Positions 39,018 to 48,757 of a stretch of 64,000 nucleotides of DNA are shown here, in pieces. A program made the position numbers and the translations under genes. The DNA is taken from positions 1,671 to 65,670 of the forward strand of contig JBPOJQ010000018.1 of NCBI GenBank assembly GCA_052033375.1. The letters run 5' to 3'. The stretch's first letter is position 1; every line of letters starts with the position of its first letter. The notes under the pieces are model-generated. The model ran no database searches and was not told the DNA's origin. It saw only the letters and a program-made list of their open reading frames with translations. This DNA comes from Candidatus Magasanikiibacteriota bacterium. GTDB lineage: Bacteria > Patescibacteriota > Patescibacteriia > Magasanikbacterales > UBA922.

Positions 39018-40004
39018 TTATCTAATACCAATCATTTTCCGTACATCACCCATGGTAGCCTCTGCTATAACTGTGGCACGCTCCATTCCACTTGTCAATA
39101 TACTCGCAACTTCATCATGCCCCTGCATGAGCTCGTCTCGACGAGTTCGAAAATCTGAAAAATGATCCCCAATAGCTCTACCTAATTCACTCTTCAAATC
39201 TCCATACCGAATCGACCCATCTTTTTCTGCTTTCACAAATTGTGCATGCACTTTTTTATCTCCAAAAATCTTGAGTAGTCCAAGCAGATTCTCAACTCCT
39301 GGTGAATGTGCCCCACCTTCAGTCGCAGTCACCGCTTTCTTTAATTTCTTCTCAATCACTGCCGGCTCATCTGCAAGCTCAATCACATGACCTTCACCAA
39401 GTGATTTGCTCATTTTTTTCATTGGCTCAAGCAGACTCATAATTTTTGGAGTTTCAGTAAACACTGGCTTCACTGGAGAAAAATACGTGCCATAATGTTT
39501 ATTAAACCAGCGTACAATATCATTCGTAAGTTCCGCGTGCTGGGTCTGATCCTGACCTACAGGTACCGCATTCGCACGATAGAGCAAAATGTCGGCAGCC
39601 ATGAGTGTAGGATACGTAAAAAGTCCGACATTAATATTTTTATTCTGACTCTGTGACTTATCTTTGAACTGAGTCATGCGCTCAAGCTCAGCAATCGGGG
39701 TGACGCAATTAAAAATCCATCCCAATTCAGTGTGTTGTGGTATGTGAGATTGGACAAAGAATGTAGATTTTTTTGGATCAATTCCAGCCGCCAATAATTC
39801 TGACGCTGTGCGAAGAATTTGAGCCTTCCGTTCATCCGCACTTCTTGTGCCCGTAAGTGAGTGTAAGTCGGCAATAAAAAAATAACAGTCATATTTTCCT
39901 GAATTCTGCAGATCCACCCAATTTTTTACCGCCCCCAAATAATTTCCAATATGCAGATTTCCAGTTGGCTGGATACCAGACACAATCACCGGTCGTTTTG
40001 CCAT
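39018..40004 (-). CDS. trpS: tryptophan–tRNA ligase
   Basis: HIGN and KMSKS motifs; MAKRPVIVSGIQPTGNLHIGNYLG. Confidence 0.9.
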   Translation of the reverse strand: MAKRPVIVSGIQPTGNLHIGNYLGAVKNWVDLQNSGKYDCYFFIADLHSLTGTRSADERKAQILRTASELLAAGIDPKKSTFFVQSHIPQHTELGWIFNCVTPIAELERMTQFKDKSQSQNKNINVGLFTYPTLMAADILLYRANAVPVGQDQTQHAELTNDIVRWFNKHYGTYFSPVKPVFTETPKIMSLLEPMKKMSKSLGEGHVIELADEPAVIEKKLKKAVTATEGGAHSPGVENLLGLLKIFGDKKVHAQFVKAEKDGSIRYGDLKSELGRAIGDHFSDFRTRRDELMQGHDEVASILTSGMERATVIAEATMGDVRKMIGIR

Positions 40005-40081
40005 ACTAATTACTAGTTAAGATAAATCAAGTGTACTATAATCACCTATTGTTTTCAACAAGAAATGACGCATAAGGTGGC

Positions 40082-40119
40082 GTATAGCGAGTCGAGGTTT
40101 CATACCCGACTCGCTATAC
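40082..40119. other. 13-bp perfect-stem hairpin upstream of trpS promoter
   Basis: GTATAGCGAGTCG-12 nt-CGACTCGCTATAC; directly downstream of the 93-aa ORF stop on minus strand. Confidence 0.5.
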
Positions 40120-40125
40120 CAGTGC

Positions 40126-40407
40126 TCATCTACTACGCGAAACCCACGAAATCACCACCCGCTTCCCTCCATCAGGCAGTGTCGTCAGCGTAATCGAATG
40201 TGAGTGAAAAAAATCAACATGTACCCCCCTTTCAAAATAGTCCTCGAGGACCCCCTGAATCTCCCGCGTCATATCCGATGCATCGATCATCAGCTCGACT
40301 TCTTGAATCGTGCCGAGCATCATGATGAGCCATGTATTCAGAACAGCGTGAATCTGCGTAGCCGTGAAGCCCTGCGCACGCATGTGAAACCGAGAACCTA
40401 TACCCAT
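40126..40407 (-). CDS. hypothetical protein in GC-rich islet
   Basis: 93 aa, GC about 52%; no family recognised. Confidence 0.3.
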   Translation of the reverse strand: MGIGSRFHMRAQGFTATQIHAVLNTWLIMMLGTIQEVELMIDASDMTREIQGVLEDYFERGVHVDFFHSHSITLTTLPDGGKRVVISWVSRSR

Positions 40408-40479
40408 GATGTTTCCCTCTCTAGAAAGAACACAGCCCCGTAATTGGTGCGCTGAGCTCTACATGCGAAATTCACATAG

Positions 40480-40524
40480 AGAGCTCAAAACAAAACTCCT
40501 CTCTGGCATAGCTGAGAGGAGTTT
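40480..40524 (-). terminator. intrinsic terminator downstream of aminotransferase gene
   Basis: AACTCCTCTC-10 nt-GAGAGGAGTT then TTTGTTTTG on minus strand. Confidence 0.55.
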
Positions 40525-40655
40525 GAATGAAGAAGGGATAACGACAAACTAAACACCAGAGCTATGCATAGAGCTATTCCAAAACCAATAAGTTCTAAAA
40601 AATGATATTGATGGTTTCATAGTGTTCCTAACAATAATACACCATATATAATTCG

Positions 40656-41825
40656 TCAAATCTCCTTGTGGAAAAAATTAGCTAATGCCCTCAATCCACC
40701 TACCGTTTCTTCTTTATTTCCACCATATGAAAGGCGCACATATCCTTCATGCCCAAATGCACTTCCAGGGACTGTAGCAACTCCAGTTTCGCTCAAAACT
40801 CTCTCCGACCAAACTTCAGAATACTCATTTGTTGAACCAAAAATAGTAAGCGGTAAAAAAACATACAGTCCAGAAGCAGGCGTTTCAATTCCTGCACGAA
40901 ATAGTTCGTTGATCAAACCTACGCACATATCTCTCCGAAATTTAAATTCTCGATTAATCAAGGGACAAATATCAGTCCGATGTTTGAGTCCTTCTACGAG
41001 CGCCCATTGACTAATAGTCGAGACCCCACTCACACTCTGACTGAGTAATGCGGTAACTTTTTTTAATATTTCTACATTGCCTGCAAGCATTCCGATACGC
41101 CAACCCGTCATACCAAAATTCTTTGATGCACTCTGTATGACATACACACTGTCCTGAAATTCTTTGAACGAACCACAGGAAACAAATTCTCCTTCATATA
41201 CGAGTCCACTATACACCTCATCCGAAATGACAATAATGTGTTTCTCTCTCGCCCATTCAAGAATTTTTTGCAACTCATCTCGGGTATACAAAACACCCGT
41301 AGGATTTGACGCAGTATTCAATATTAAAACTCTAATCTGCGGTGAATATACAGCTTCAAGCGCTTCAAGATTCACTTTCCAATTATTCTGAGGCTGTGTT
41401 GCGACAAACCTGGGAACACCCCCAAAAATACTAACAATTGCGGGATACGACACCCAATAAGGAGACATGACCAGAACTTCATCACCTGGCTCAAGTAGGG
41501 TTTGTAGCAAAAAAAATATCGCACTTTTTCCTCCGGGAGTAATCACAATGTTTTGAGAAATATACGAACACCCATATGATTCAGATAACCATGTGGCAAC
41601 TGCGGTTCGTAATTCAGGAATACCCCCGGCAGGAGGATAGGATGTTTTATCTTCATCAATTGCATGCTTTGCCGCGTCTCTAATAATGTGTGGAGTTTCA
41701 ATAACAGGTTCCCCCACACTCAAGTTATAAATCGTCCTACCTTCACCTCTGAGCTTCTGAGCTAGTGCATTGATTCTAATAGTTGGTGATTCGGGAATAG
41801 TGAATGGCATAAAAAAGTTATCCAA
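40656..41825 (-). CDS. PLP-dependent aminotransferase class I/II
   Basis: SASKNFGMTGWRIG lysine-PLP motif, 389 aa. Confidence 0.8.
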   Translation of the reverse strand: MDNFFMPFTIPESPTIRINALAQKLRGEGRTIYNLSVGEPVIETPHIIRDAAKHAIDEDKTSYPPAGGIPELRTAVATWLSESYGCSYISQNIVITPGGKSAIFFLLQTLLEPGDEVLVMSPYWVSYPAIVSIFGGVPRFVATQPQNNWKVNLEALEAVYSPQIRVLILNTASNPTGVLYTRDELQKILEWAREKHIIVISDEVYSGLVYEGEFVSCGSFKEFQDSVYVIQSASKNFGMTGWRIGMLAGNVEILKKVTALLSQSVSGVSTISQWALVEGLKHRTDICPLINREFKFRRDMCVGLINELFRAGIETPASGLYVFLPLTIFGSTNEYSEVWSERVLSETGVATVPGSAFGHEGYVRLSYGGNKEETVGGLRALANFFHKEI

Positions 41826-41854
41826 AAGCCCTCAGTATGAGGGCTTTTAGTGTA

Positions 41855-43723
41855 TTACACTTCAATGACTACTGGCAAGATCATTGGACGTTTTTCAGTT
41901 TTGCCGAGCACATACTGTCCAATTTTATCCCGAATATCATTCTTGATCTGATTCGTATCCGCCCAACTCTTTGGGTCTGATTCAGTGACCATCTTCTTCA
42001 CACGATTTCGAATTTCTTCAATTAAATCCCGGTTATCTTTAAGGAATACAAATCCACGTGAAATAATATCAGGGTTCTGGATGAGCGCACCAGATTTCGC
42101 ATTGATCGTGGTGATGACAACAAGCATGCCGTCTTCCGCCAATACTTGACGATCACGGAGTACAATACTCTGGCTATCACTAATCCCCAATCCATCGACA
42201 AACACATAATCACTCGGAACTTTTTTGCTAAGCATTTTTGCTCCCTGCGGAGTCACTTCAATAACCGATCCATTATCCGGAACAAAAATCTTATCTTTAT
42301 CAAACCCATGAGAAATTGCCAATTTGCGAGCTTCTTTGAGGAAATAATGATTCGCATACACTGGAATAAAGTATGTGGGCTGTACTTGCGTAAGTACATC
42401 GCGAATATCCTGACGAGTCGCATGACCAGAGACATGCACATCCATCAATTGTCCATGAATGACATTATCACACTGACGATACATATTATCTTTCAATCGC
42501 TGAATCGAGCGTTCATTTCCGGGGATAATCGATGATGAAAAGACTACCGTATCACTTGGCTTCAAAGTGATTATTTTATGTTGTTTGTTTACAATACGCA
42601 TGAGCACTGCATTTTCTTCTCCTTGCGCGCCAGTACAAATAACTACAATACGATTATCAGGATAGTCATCAACTTTCTTCACATCAATCAATACTTCTGG
42701 CTTAACTTTAATATATCCCAATTTCTTAGCCATCTCGACATTCACCTTCATACTGTATCCATCAAGCGCGACTTTCTTTCCCAATTTTTCAGCAGCATCC
42801 AGTACCCACCGAATACGCTCCAACTGCGAAGAAAAAGTACCGATAATAATACGTCCAGGAGCAGATGACATGATGCTCTGAAGATTGTTATACATCTCTT
42901 CATAACTTTTTCCTCGAAACTCATGTACGACACCTAGACTTTCAAGCATCAAAACAGTCGGTTTCTGTAATTTACGTAATGGAGTGTAGTCAAGTGTAGG
43001 CTTGCCTTCTTTATCCCGATCAAGTGTCCAATCTCCTGGATGTATTGCTGAGCCAGCAGGGGTTTCAACAATTACACCAACAGCATCCATAATGGAGTGT
43101 TCAACTTGAAAAAACTTAATCGTAAAGGCACCAAACTTTAGCACATCATCAATACCTTTGATACGGATCGTTTTTAATTTTCCAGCACTGCCTTTTCGAT
43201 AATCTTCTTGCTTGTGCTTGACCAATGCAAGTGTCAAATCACGACCGACAATAACAGGATTTCCCAATTGTTCAAGCAATATAGGCGCAGCTCCAATATG
43301 ATCCAAATGTCCGTGACTGAAGATAACGGCGCGAATATTTTTCTTTTTATCCTGAAGATATTTGGTATTAGGCACAATATAGTCGATACCTGGCATGTCT
43401 TCTTCAGGAAATTGAATACCCATATCAAGTATGATGATATCATCACCATACTCAAAGATAGTCATATTTCGTCCGACTTCCTCACATCCGCCAATTGGAA
43501 TAATGCGAAGCGCATGGGGATTTTTTTCATACCCTCCCTCTTCGCGTCGAAATGAATTAAATTTACCGGAATTAACGGTTCGCACGCCTCGAGATTGAGG
43601 ACGTCCATGCGATCGTGAAGAACCAGTGCGTGAGGTTCGTGAACCAAATCCTCCGCTCCGACCACTTCTTCGTGTGTTCTGTGCGCTCTGCGCGCTCTGT
43701 GCATTCATCATACAAATAAACAA
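41855..43723 (-). CDS. rnj: ribonuclease J
   Basis: metallo-beta-lactamase HGHLDHIG plus beta-CASP; Arg/Ser/Gly-rich N-terminal extension. Confidence 0.9.
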   Translation of the reverse strand: MFICMMNAQSAQSAQNTRRSGRSGGFGSRTSRTGSSRSHGRPQSRGVRTVNSGKFNSFRREEGGYEKNPHALRIIPIGGCEEVGRNMTIFEYGDDIIILDMGIQFPEEDMPGIDYIVPNTKYLQDKKKNIRAVIFSHGHLDHIGAAPILLEQLGNPVIVGRDLTLALVKHKQEDYRKGSAGKLKTIRIKGIDDVLKFGAFTIKFFQVEHSIMDAVGVIVETPAGSAIHPGDWTLDRDKEGKPTLDYTPLRKLQKPTVLMLESLGVVHEFRGKSYEEMYNNLQSIMSSAPGRIIIGTFSSQLERIRWVLDAAEKLGKKVALDGYSMKVNVEMAKKLGYIKVKPEVLIDVKKVDDYPDNRIVVICTGAQGEENAVLMRIVNKQHKIITLKPSDTVVFSSSIIPGNERSIQRLKDNMYRQCDNVIHGQLMDVHVSGHATRQDIRDVLTQVQPTYFIPVYANHYFLKEARKLAISHGFDKDKIFVPDNGSVIEVTPQGAKMLSKKVPSDYVFVDGLGISDSQSIVLRDRQVLAEDGMLVVITTINAKSGALIQNPDIISRGFVFLKDNRDLIEEIRNRVKKMVTESDPKSWADTNQIKNDIRDKIGQYVLGKTEKRPMILPVVIEV

Positions 43724-43792
43724 TATTACATTAAATCATGTCACATGAAGTAATACGTACTGACGCTAATATGCGCCATATATACGAGATAA

Positions 43793-43898
43793 TAAACTCA
43801 AAACGTAAAACCCAAAAGTCAAAACTATACCTAAAAACTAAAAGTTTTAAAGTCGAAAATTCAAATCTGTAATTTTGAACTTTAAGTTTTGAGTTTAT
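43793..43898. repeat. AT-rich 105-bp imperfect palindrome with perfect 13-bp terminal inverted repeats
   Basis: ATAAACTCAAAAC (43793-43806) … GTTTTGAGTTTAT (43886-43898) plus nested inner inverted repeats; lies between tRNA-Leu 3' end and rnj start. Confidence 0.45.
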
Positions 43899-43905
43899 CA
43901 ATTCG

Positions 43906-43988
43906 TGCCGATGGTGGGACTCGAACCCACAAGCCTATTCAGCATGCGCACCTGAAGCGCACGTGTCTACCAATTTCACCACATCGGC
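43906..43988 (-). tRNA. tRNA-Leu (CAG), long variable arm
   Basis: GCCGATG acceptor, anticodon stem TGCGC/GCGCA with loop TTCAGGT, T-arm GTGGG-TTCGAGT-CCCAC. Confidence 0.8.
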
Positions 43989-44087
43989 GTGTTGTTATCT
44001 TGATACATCTACTTCCGCCAGAGACGAATCAGACTGTGACAAAAAGTTCATCAGATACGTGTATTAATATTACACACCCAGAACCCC

Positions 44088-46106
44088 TCAATCCTTAGTC
44101 CCCCATACCTTCTTTTCCTGGACATACCAATCCAAAATATTGGCAAAACGATCAGAAGGTTTTGAAATTCGTTCAACCCCAAACCCCTTGATTTCATCCG
44201 TTAAAGCATACGTATATGTCGGGGTGTAGAGAAAAACCGCAGGCACATCAGTTACTAGTGTATGTGAAAAATCAGTATACAAACGAGTCAATTCATCCGT
44301 ACTCGTAGAAACACGCGCCTTCTCAAGTATCTGATCAAGCGATTTATTTGAGTATTGCGATAAATTCAACCCAGGATATCCTATCTGACTTGAATGCCAG
44401 AAGGGATATTGATCAGGGTCACTTCCAATAATAATTCCATACAAGAGCATGTCATAATTACGTGACCGCAAAACCTCCCGGGTAATATCTTGAGGATCGA
44501 CCAATCGAGTGGTCATGCGTATTCCTATTTCTTGAAAATATCCGGCAAGTATATCAGCAATCTTTGAATACTCCGGTGTGGCGGCGGTAACCAATTCAAA
44601 ACCAATCACATTTTTTTTATCACTACCCTTTTTATGTCGATAAAATAACTGTGCAGGATTGAGTTCGCGATCTAATTCCTGTCCGACAATATCCCGAATT
44701 ACTTCTTCATTAGGGAGAGTACTAGTCACACTGTCTGCAACACGTTCCGAAATCACCGTAGAGGTAGCAGCGGTCGTCGATGTAGTACTCTGTAATTTTT
44801 CTTGTGAAATGCGCTCAGCAACCCTCGCTTCAAGTAACATCGAACGATAATCAGCAGCTGACACGCGTTCATATATTTTATCAAGCGCGGCATTTGCATC
44901 TTCAACTGAAAATATAGTAGTAGTGGAAGATTCTGAAAATCCAGGAAAACCTGGTAACAGCGGGCCTGACATAATACGCGCTTCATTATCAAGCACATCA
45001 GACACAATACGTTCTTTATCAATTGCAAAAGATAATGCAGTTCGGATATTTTTATCTTTCAAAATTTCATTTTTTTGATTAAAGAAAAGCGCAGTATATT
45101 GGGGAAGCTCGAGAGTATTCAATACAATATGCTTGCGTTTCACTTTTTCACGATATTCATACGGAACAAATGAAATACCATCAATTTTTTGTTCACGGAG
45201 CGCAGTGATAATTCCTTGTGGACCATCATAATCACTAAAAAATTGAAAAATAAATTCTTTTAGATACGGAGGATTTCGATAAAAATCTGAAAAACGTTTC
45301 AGCTCAATTGATTCCACAAATCCATCTGAATTTTTTACTAAACGACTAAATTGAAATCGTCCAGTTCCAATCGGTTGCAAATTTCTCTGCGCGAGACGAA
45401 TTTGTGACGCAGGTATTCCCGCCCATACATGTTTCGGAAGTATTCCAACTGTGAGAGTTGAAAGAAACGATGGAAAAGCTTCTTCCAACGTAAATGAAAC
45501 CGTATAAGTATCTCGTGCCTCAACCGTCACTTTCTGAAAAGTAACTCGCAATGGACTCCCTACCTCGGGATCTTGAATGAGTTCAAATGTGTGCACTACA
45601 TCTTCTGCGGTAAAAGGTTCACCATCATGCCAATGGACATCCTGCTTTAGCTCAAAAATATACGTCTTACTATCTTCACTCACATCATACTTTACAGCAA
45701 GCTCAGGAACTAATCGTCGTGTAGCATCATAACGTAAGAGCCCTGAATACACGAGAGAAACAACATCTTCATCCACTTCATTGAGTGATGAAAATAATGG
45801 ATTCAACGATTGAGGAGTACCAATCACACCTTCACGATAAGTACCTGCTACTTTGGGGACAGTAACTCGATACTCATCCGCAACAACAGCACCAATAAAA
45901 CCAAGTGAGCAAACAAAAACTAATACCGCACCCCAAAAGACAATACGTTCACGTATTGAAAGCACATGTCCAATCTGAAACAGTTGACGAGGTGTAGGAA
46001 AACGACGATTCCGAAGACGCGAAAGCAGAGTTACATCATGCGACGGACGTGAATTACGTTTCCTAATCCCCCCTCGTACTGCCTTTGTATTCTTTAAAAA
46101 AGGCAC
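44088..46106 (-). CDS. ABC transporter substrate-binding protein family 5 (peptide/nickel type), membrane anchored
   Basis: 672 aa, TM anchor, SBP_bac_5 core (KYDVSEDSKTYIFELKQDVHWHDGEPFTAEDVVHTFE). Confidence 0.75.
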   Translation of the reverse strand: MPFLKNTKAVRGGIRKRNSRPSHDVTLLSRLRNRRFPTPRQLFQIGHVLSIRERIVFWGAVLVFVCSLGFIGAVVADEYRVTVPKVAGTYREGVIGTPQSLNPLFSSLNEVDEDVVSLVYSGLLRYDATRRLVPELAVKYDVSEDSKTYIFELKQDVHWHDGEPFTAEDVVHTFELIQDPEVGSPLRVTFQKVTVEARDTYTVSFTLEEAFPSFLSTLTVGILPKHVWAGIPASQIRLAQRNLQPIGTGRFQFSRLVKNSDGFVESIELKRFSDFYRNPPYLKEFIFQFFSDYDGPQGIITALREQKIDGISFVPYEYREKVKRKHIVLNTLELPQYTALFFNQKNEILKDKNIRTALSFAIDKERIVSDVLDNEARIMSGPLLPGFPGFSESSTTTIFSVEDANAALDKIYERVSAADYRSMLLEARVAERISQEKLQSTTSTTAATSTVISERVADSVTSTLPNEEVIRDIVGQELDRELNPAQLFYRHKKGSDKKNVIGFELVTAATPEYSKIADILAGYFQEIGIRMTTRLVDPQDITREVLRSRNYDMLLYGIIIGSDPDQYPFWHSSQIGYPGLNLSQYSNKSLDQILEKARVSTSTDELTRLYTDFSHTLVTDVPAVFLYTPTYTYALTDEIKGFGVERISKPSDRFANILDWYVQEKKVWGTKD

Positions 46107-46142
46107 ACCAAAGAAAGAAGTTTAAGACCCATCTAAATAAAA

Positions 46143-46361
46143 CTAGACGATCAGATTAACGAGAGCAATAGCAAAACACAAAATTGAGAGAGCAATAGTG
46201 ATATTGAATAACACACGATCTACACCACGACGAGTAGTATATACACCGGTAGTGCCTCCAAATGCACTTCCAATACCAGTCCCTTTCTGTTGAAGCAATA
46301 TTGCAATAACGAGCAACGCGGCTATGACAAGATGAGCAATTGAAAGTATGGTCGAAATCAT
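46143..46361 (-). CDS. secG: preprotein translocase subunit SecG
   Basis: 72 aa, two TM with Gly-rich loop. Confidence 0.65.
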   Translation of the reverse strand: MISTILSIAHLVIAALLVIAILLQQKGTGIGSAFGGTTGVYTTRRGVDRVLFNITIALSILCFAIALVNLIV

Positions 46362-46523
46362 ATATGCATGTTCTACTAGAAGTATATCAGAATAAATACA
46401 AAGAGAAAAACTGTATATCGTAGTCTACCAAAAATAGTCAAGGCTGTCAAGAATACAAAAAAGCACAGGCCTTGGTAAAAATGATTAAAAAATGCTATAC
46501 TACGCCTACTTATATAGGTATCT

Positions 46524-47246
46524 ATGTCTACCAAAAACATAAAAATACTCGGATACATACTCCTCACAGTTACCGGTATAGTACTCATGGTTTTCATCTG
46601 TTACTTTGTGTACTACACGTGGCAGTTAAAATACGGCTCCCCAGAAACCCTAAGAACACTCACGCGCACACTCGACGGTGGCTTTACCAAACAGACAGAT
46701 ACTGATGCACCCACATTCAGGGCTGATTATAAATCATTTATCCGATCTCACAATCCGACAATTGGTGCAGCCGATGCGCCAGTGACAATTATCATGTTTA
46801 TAGATTTTGAATGCCCCTACTGCCAATCAAGTTTCCCCGTATTCAAAGAAGTGATGGACTCATTTGGGGATGGAATACGCGTCGTTTTCAAACATTTCCC
46901 TATTGAAACCCTGCATCCCAACGCGCGACAAGCGGCCGAAGCCAGCATGTGTGCAAAAGAACAAGATAAATTCTGGAAATTTTACGACCGAGCATTTAGT
47001 GTGAAAAGGCTTGACGAATCCTCACTTTACACGTATGCTGTCGAATCAGGTTTGAATACAGTGGCATTCGATGCATGTCTGAAAGACAAAAAATACAGTC
47101 GATCCATAGACCAAGACCTTGCAGACGGTATAGAACTAGGAATACGTGGTACCCCTACCTATAGTATTAATGGACAATTTGTAGAGGGAGTAGCCACACT
47201 CGATGAATGGAAAAAAATCCTATTAGACATTTTGAATCAAACATAA
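46524..47246 (+). CDS. DsbA-like thiol:disulfide oxidoreductase, TM anchored
   Basis: FECPYCQ CxxC active site, thioredoxin fold. Confidence 0.7.
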   Translation: MSTKNIKILGYILLTVTGIVLMVFICYFVYYTWQLKYGSPETLRTLTRTLDGGFTKQTDTDAPTFRADYKSFIRSHNPTIGAADAPVTIIMFIDFECPYCQSSFPVFKEVMDSFGDGIRVVFKHFPIETLHPNARQAAEASMCAKEQDKFWKFYDRAFSVKRLDESSLYTYAVESGLNTVAFDACLKDKKYSRSIDQDLADGIELGIRGTPTYSINGQFVEGVATLDEWKKILLDILNQT

Positions 47247-47269
47247 TCATCTCCTTATCCTCACACGCT

Positions 47270-48757
47270 ATGAAAAAAGCCTTTTTCATTCTCGTACTTG
47301 TTGCATGGATGCTCCCAATCTCTTCTCATGCACAAATCGACCAGCGATGTTGGATTGAAGAAGACTGCTACCGTGCACGACAAACATATCTCAATCTATC
47401 AGAACAAGAAGCACGAAATCCAAAAGCTTTCAGACAAGACGACACTACTAGACAATTATGTAAAGGTGATATAGATGCTTCTGGTAAAAAAATAGGGTTT
47501 TGTCTCCCGGCAACTACCGCAAAAACAAAAATTGCAATCGGCGGACAGACAGAGTTCACAGGATTGACCGAGTTTGTCGCATTTATCTACAAATATGGCA
47601 TGGGCGTTGCGAGCGTTCTTTCAGTTCTCGTACTTATTTTTGCAGGTGTCCAGTGGATTATCTCAGGTGGAAATGCCGAGGCAATCAGTAGCGCAAAACA
47701 CAAAATCGTAGGCGCAGTAATCGGACTCGTTATCCTGGCCGCAGCATATACCATTCTATATACTGTCAATCCTGATCTGGTGAATTTGCGCCCGCCAAAT
47801 GCATGGATGATCAATACACAAAAAATTTCTAATCCTTACTGCAGTAATTTAAACCCAGGAAACAAAATTTCAAAAAATCCTTCAAATGAAACCGGACAAA
47901 AAATAAGTGACGAGCAAAAAAAAGCTGGATTCTCCGCATTATCAACCAATGACTGGGTCACGGTCACATCCACAGAGAACAACACAACCCCTATTGCACC
48001 ACCAGCGCATTGCGGACAGGACTATTATGTGCAAAATACGGGTGCACTTACATGCCAGGGATCAGCATGTCCAGCAGGTAACGTATGTTATGACAAAAAT
48101 AAATCCGGCAAACCGGGATGTTTTCGAGCAAATATCGCAGGTAAAATATCGAGTGGAAATTTACTTGATAATGCCCTTGCAAGTACTATTGGTATCCTTA
48201 GACAAGTAGTCAATACCACGTTAAATGAAGGGTGGGACGGTCCAACATGGGCTAATGAACCAGAAATTTATAGCGTATGTAATGATGGTAATTATGACAA
48301 CCTATCGACGGAAGGAAACGATCCAGATGATGCAGTATCTGATCTGACACAATCATATTATATCACCACATCCGATAGTGAAATCGAAGAGCATGTACAA
48401 CGATGCGAAAGTAATGGGGGTTTTAAGGGTTTTGTTCTATCTCTTGATATGGATGAAGCAGGAGACCCTGTTGATGAGCGACATTTTATAGGCAGAAAAG
48501 GTACAAATGGAATCGATTTAGGAGACAAGGCAAAGGTAAAAGCAGACTGTGTCCTGAGTATTATTAAATCAGATTACTTTATTTCAGAGGCAGAACTAAA
48601 ACAAGGAATACCTCTAGATGTAGACGTAGCATTCATCTATGATATTGATAATAACGACGAAGACCAAAATTTAGGAAGAATGTTCCATTATGGGCACCTA
48701 AAAAATTTCTTTATCGAGGACAACACCAATAATCAAGCGTACCAAAAATGTATATGA
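47270..48757 (+). CDS. Cys-rich secreted/surface protein with central TM hairpin (VirB2/TrbC-like topology)
   Basis: signal peptide [22 protein letters not shown]; two central TM helices; more than 20 Cys in predicted extracytoplasmic domains; no family recognised. Confidence 0.4.
   Translation: MKKAFFILVLVAWMLPISSHAQIDQRCWIEEDCYRARQTYLNLSEQEARNPKAFRQDDTTRQLCKGDIDASGKKIGFCLPATTAKTKIAIGGQTEFTGLTEFVAFIYKYGMGVASVLSVLVLIFAGVQWIISGGNAEAISSAKHKIVGAVIGLVILAAAYTILYTVNPDLVNLRPPNAWMINTQKISNPYCSNLNPGNKISKNPSNETGQKISDEQKKAGFSALSTNDWVTVTSTENNTTPIAPPAHCGQDYYVQNTGALTCQGSACPAGNVCYDKNKSGKPGCFRANIAGKISSGNLLDNALASTIGILRQVVNTTLNEGWDGPTWANEPEIYSVCNDGNYDNLSTEGNDPDDAVSDLTQSYYITTSDSEIEEHVQRCESNGGFKGFVLSLDMDEAGDPVDERHFIGRKGTNGIDLGDKAKVKADCVLSIIKSDYFISEAELKQGIPLDVDVAFIYDIDNNDEDQNLGRMFHYGHLKNFFIEDNTNNQAYQKCI

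Noticed and set aside
40005-40130. T-box riboswitch leader upstream of trpS
   Set aside because: No T-box consensus (AATTAGGGTGGNACCGCG) or specifier-loop arrangement. The strong hairpin lies upstream of the predicted trpS promoter and fits better as the terminator of the preceding 93-aa ORF.
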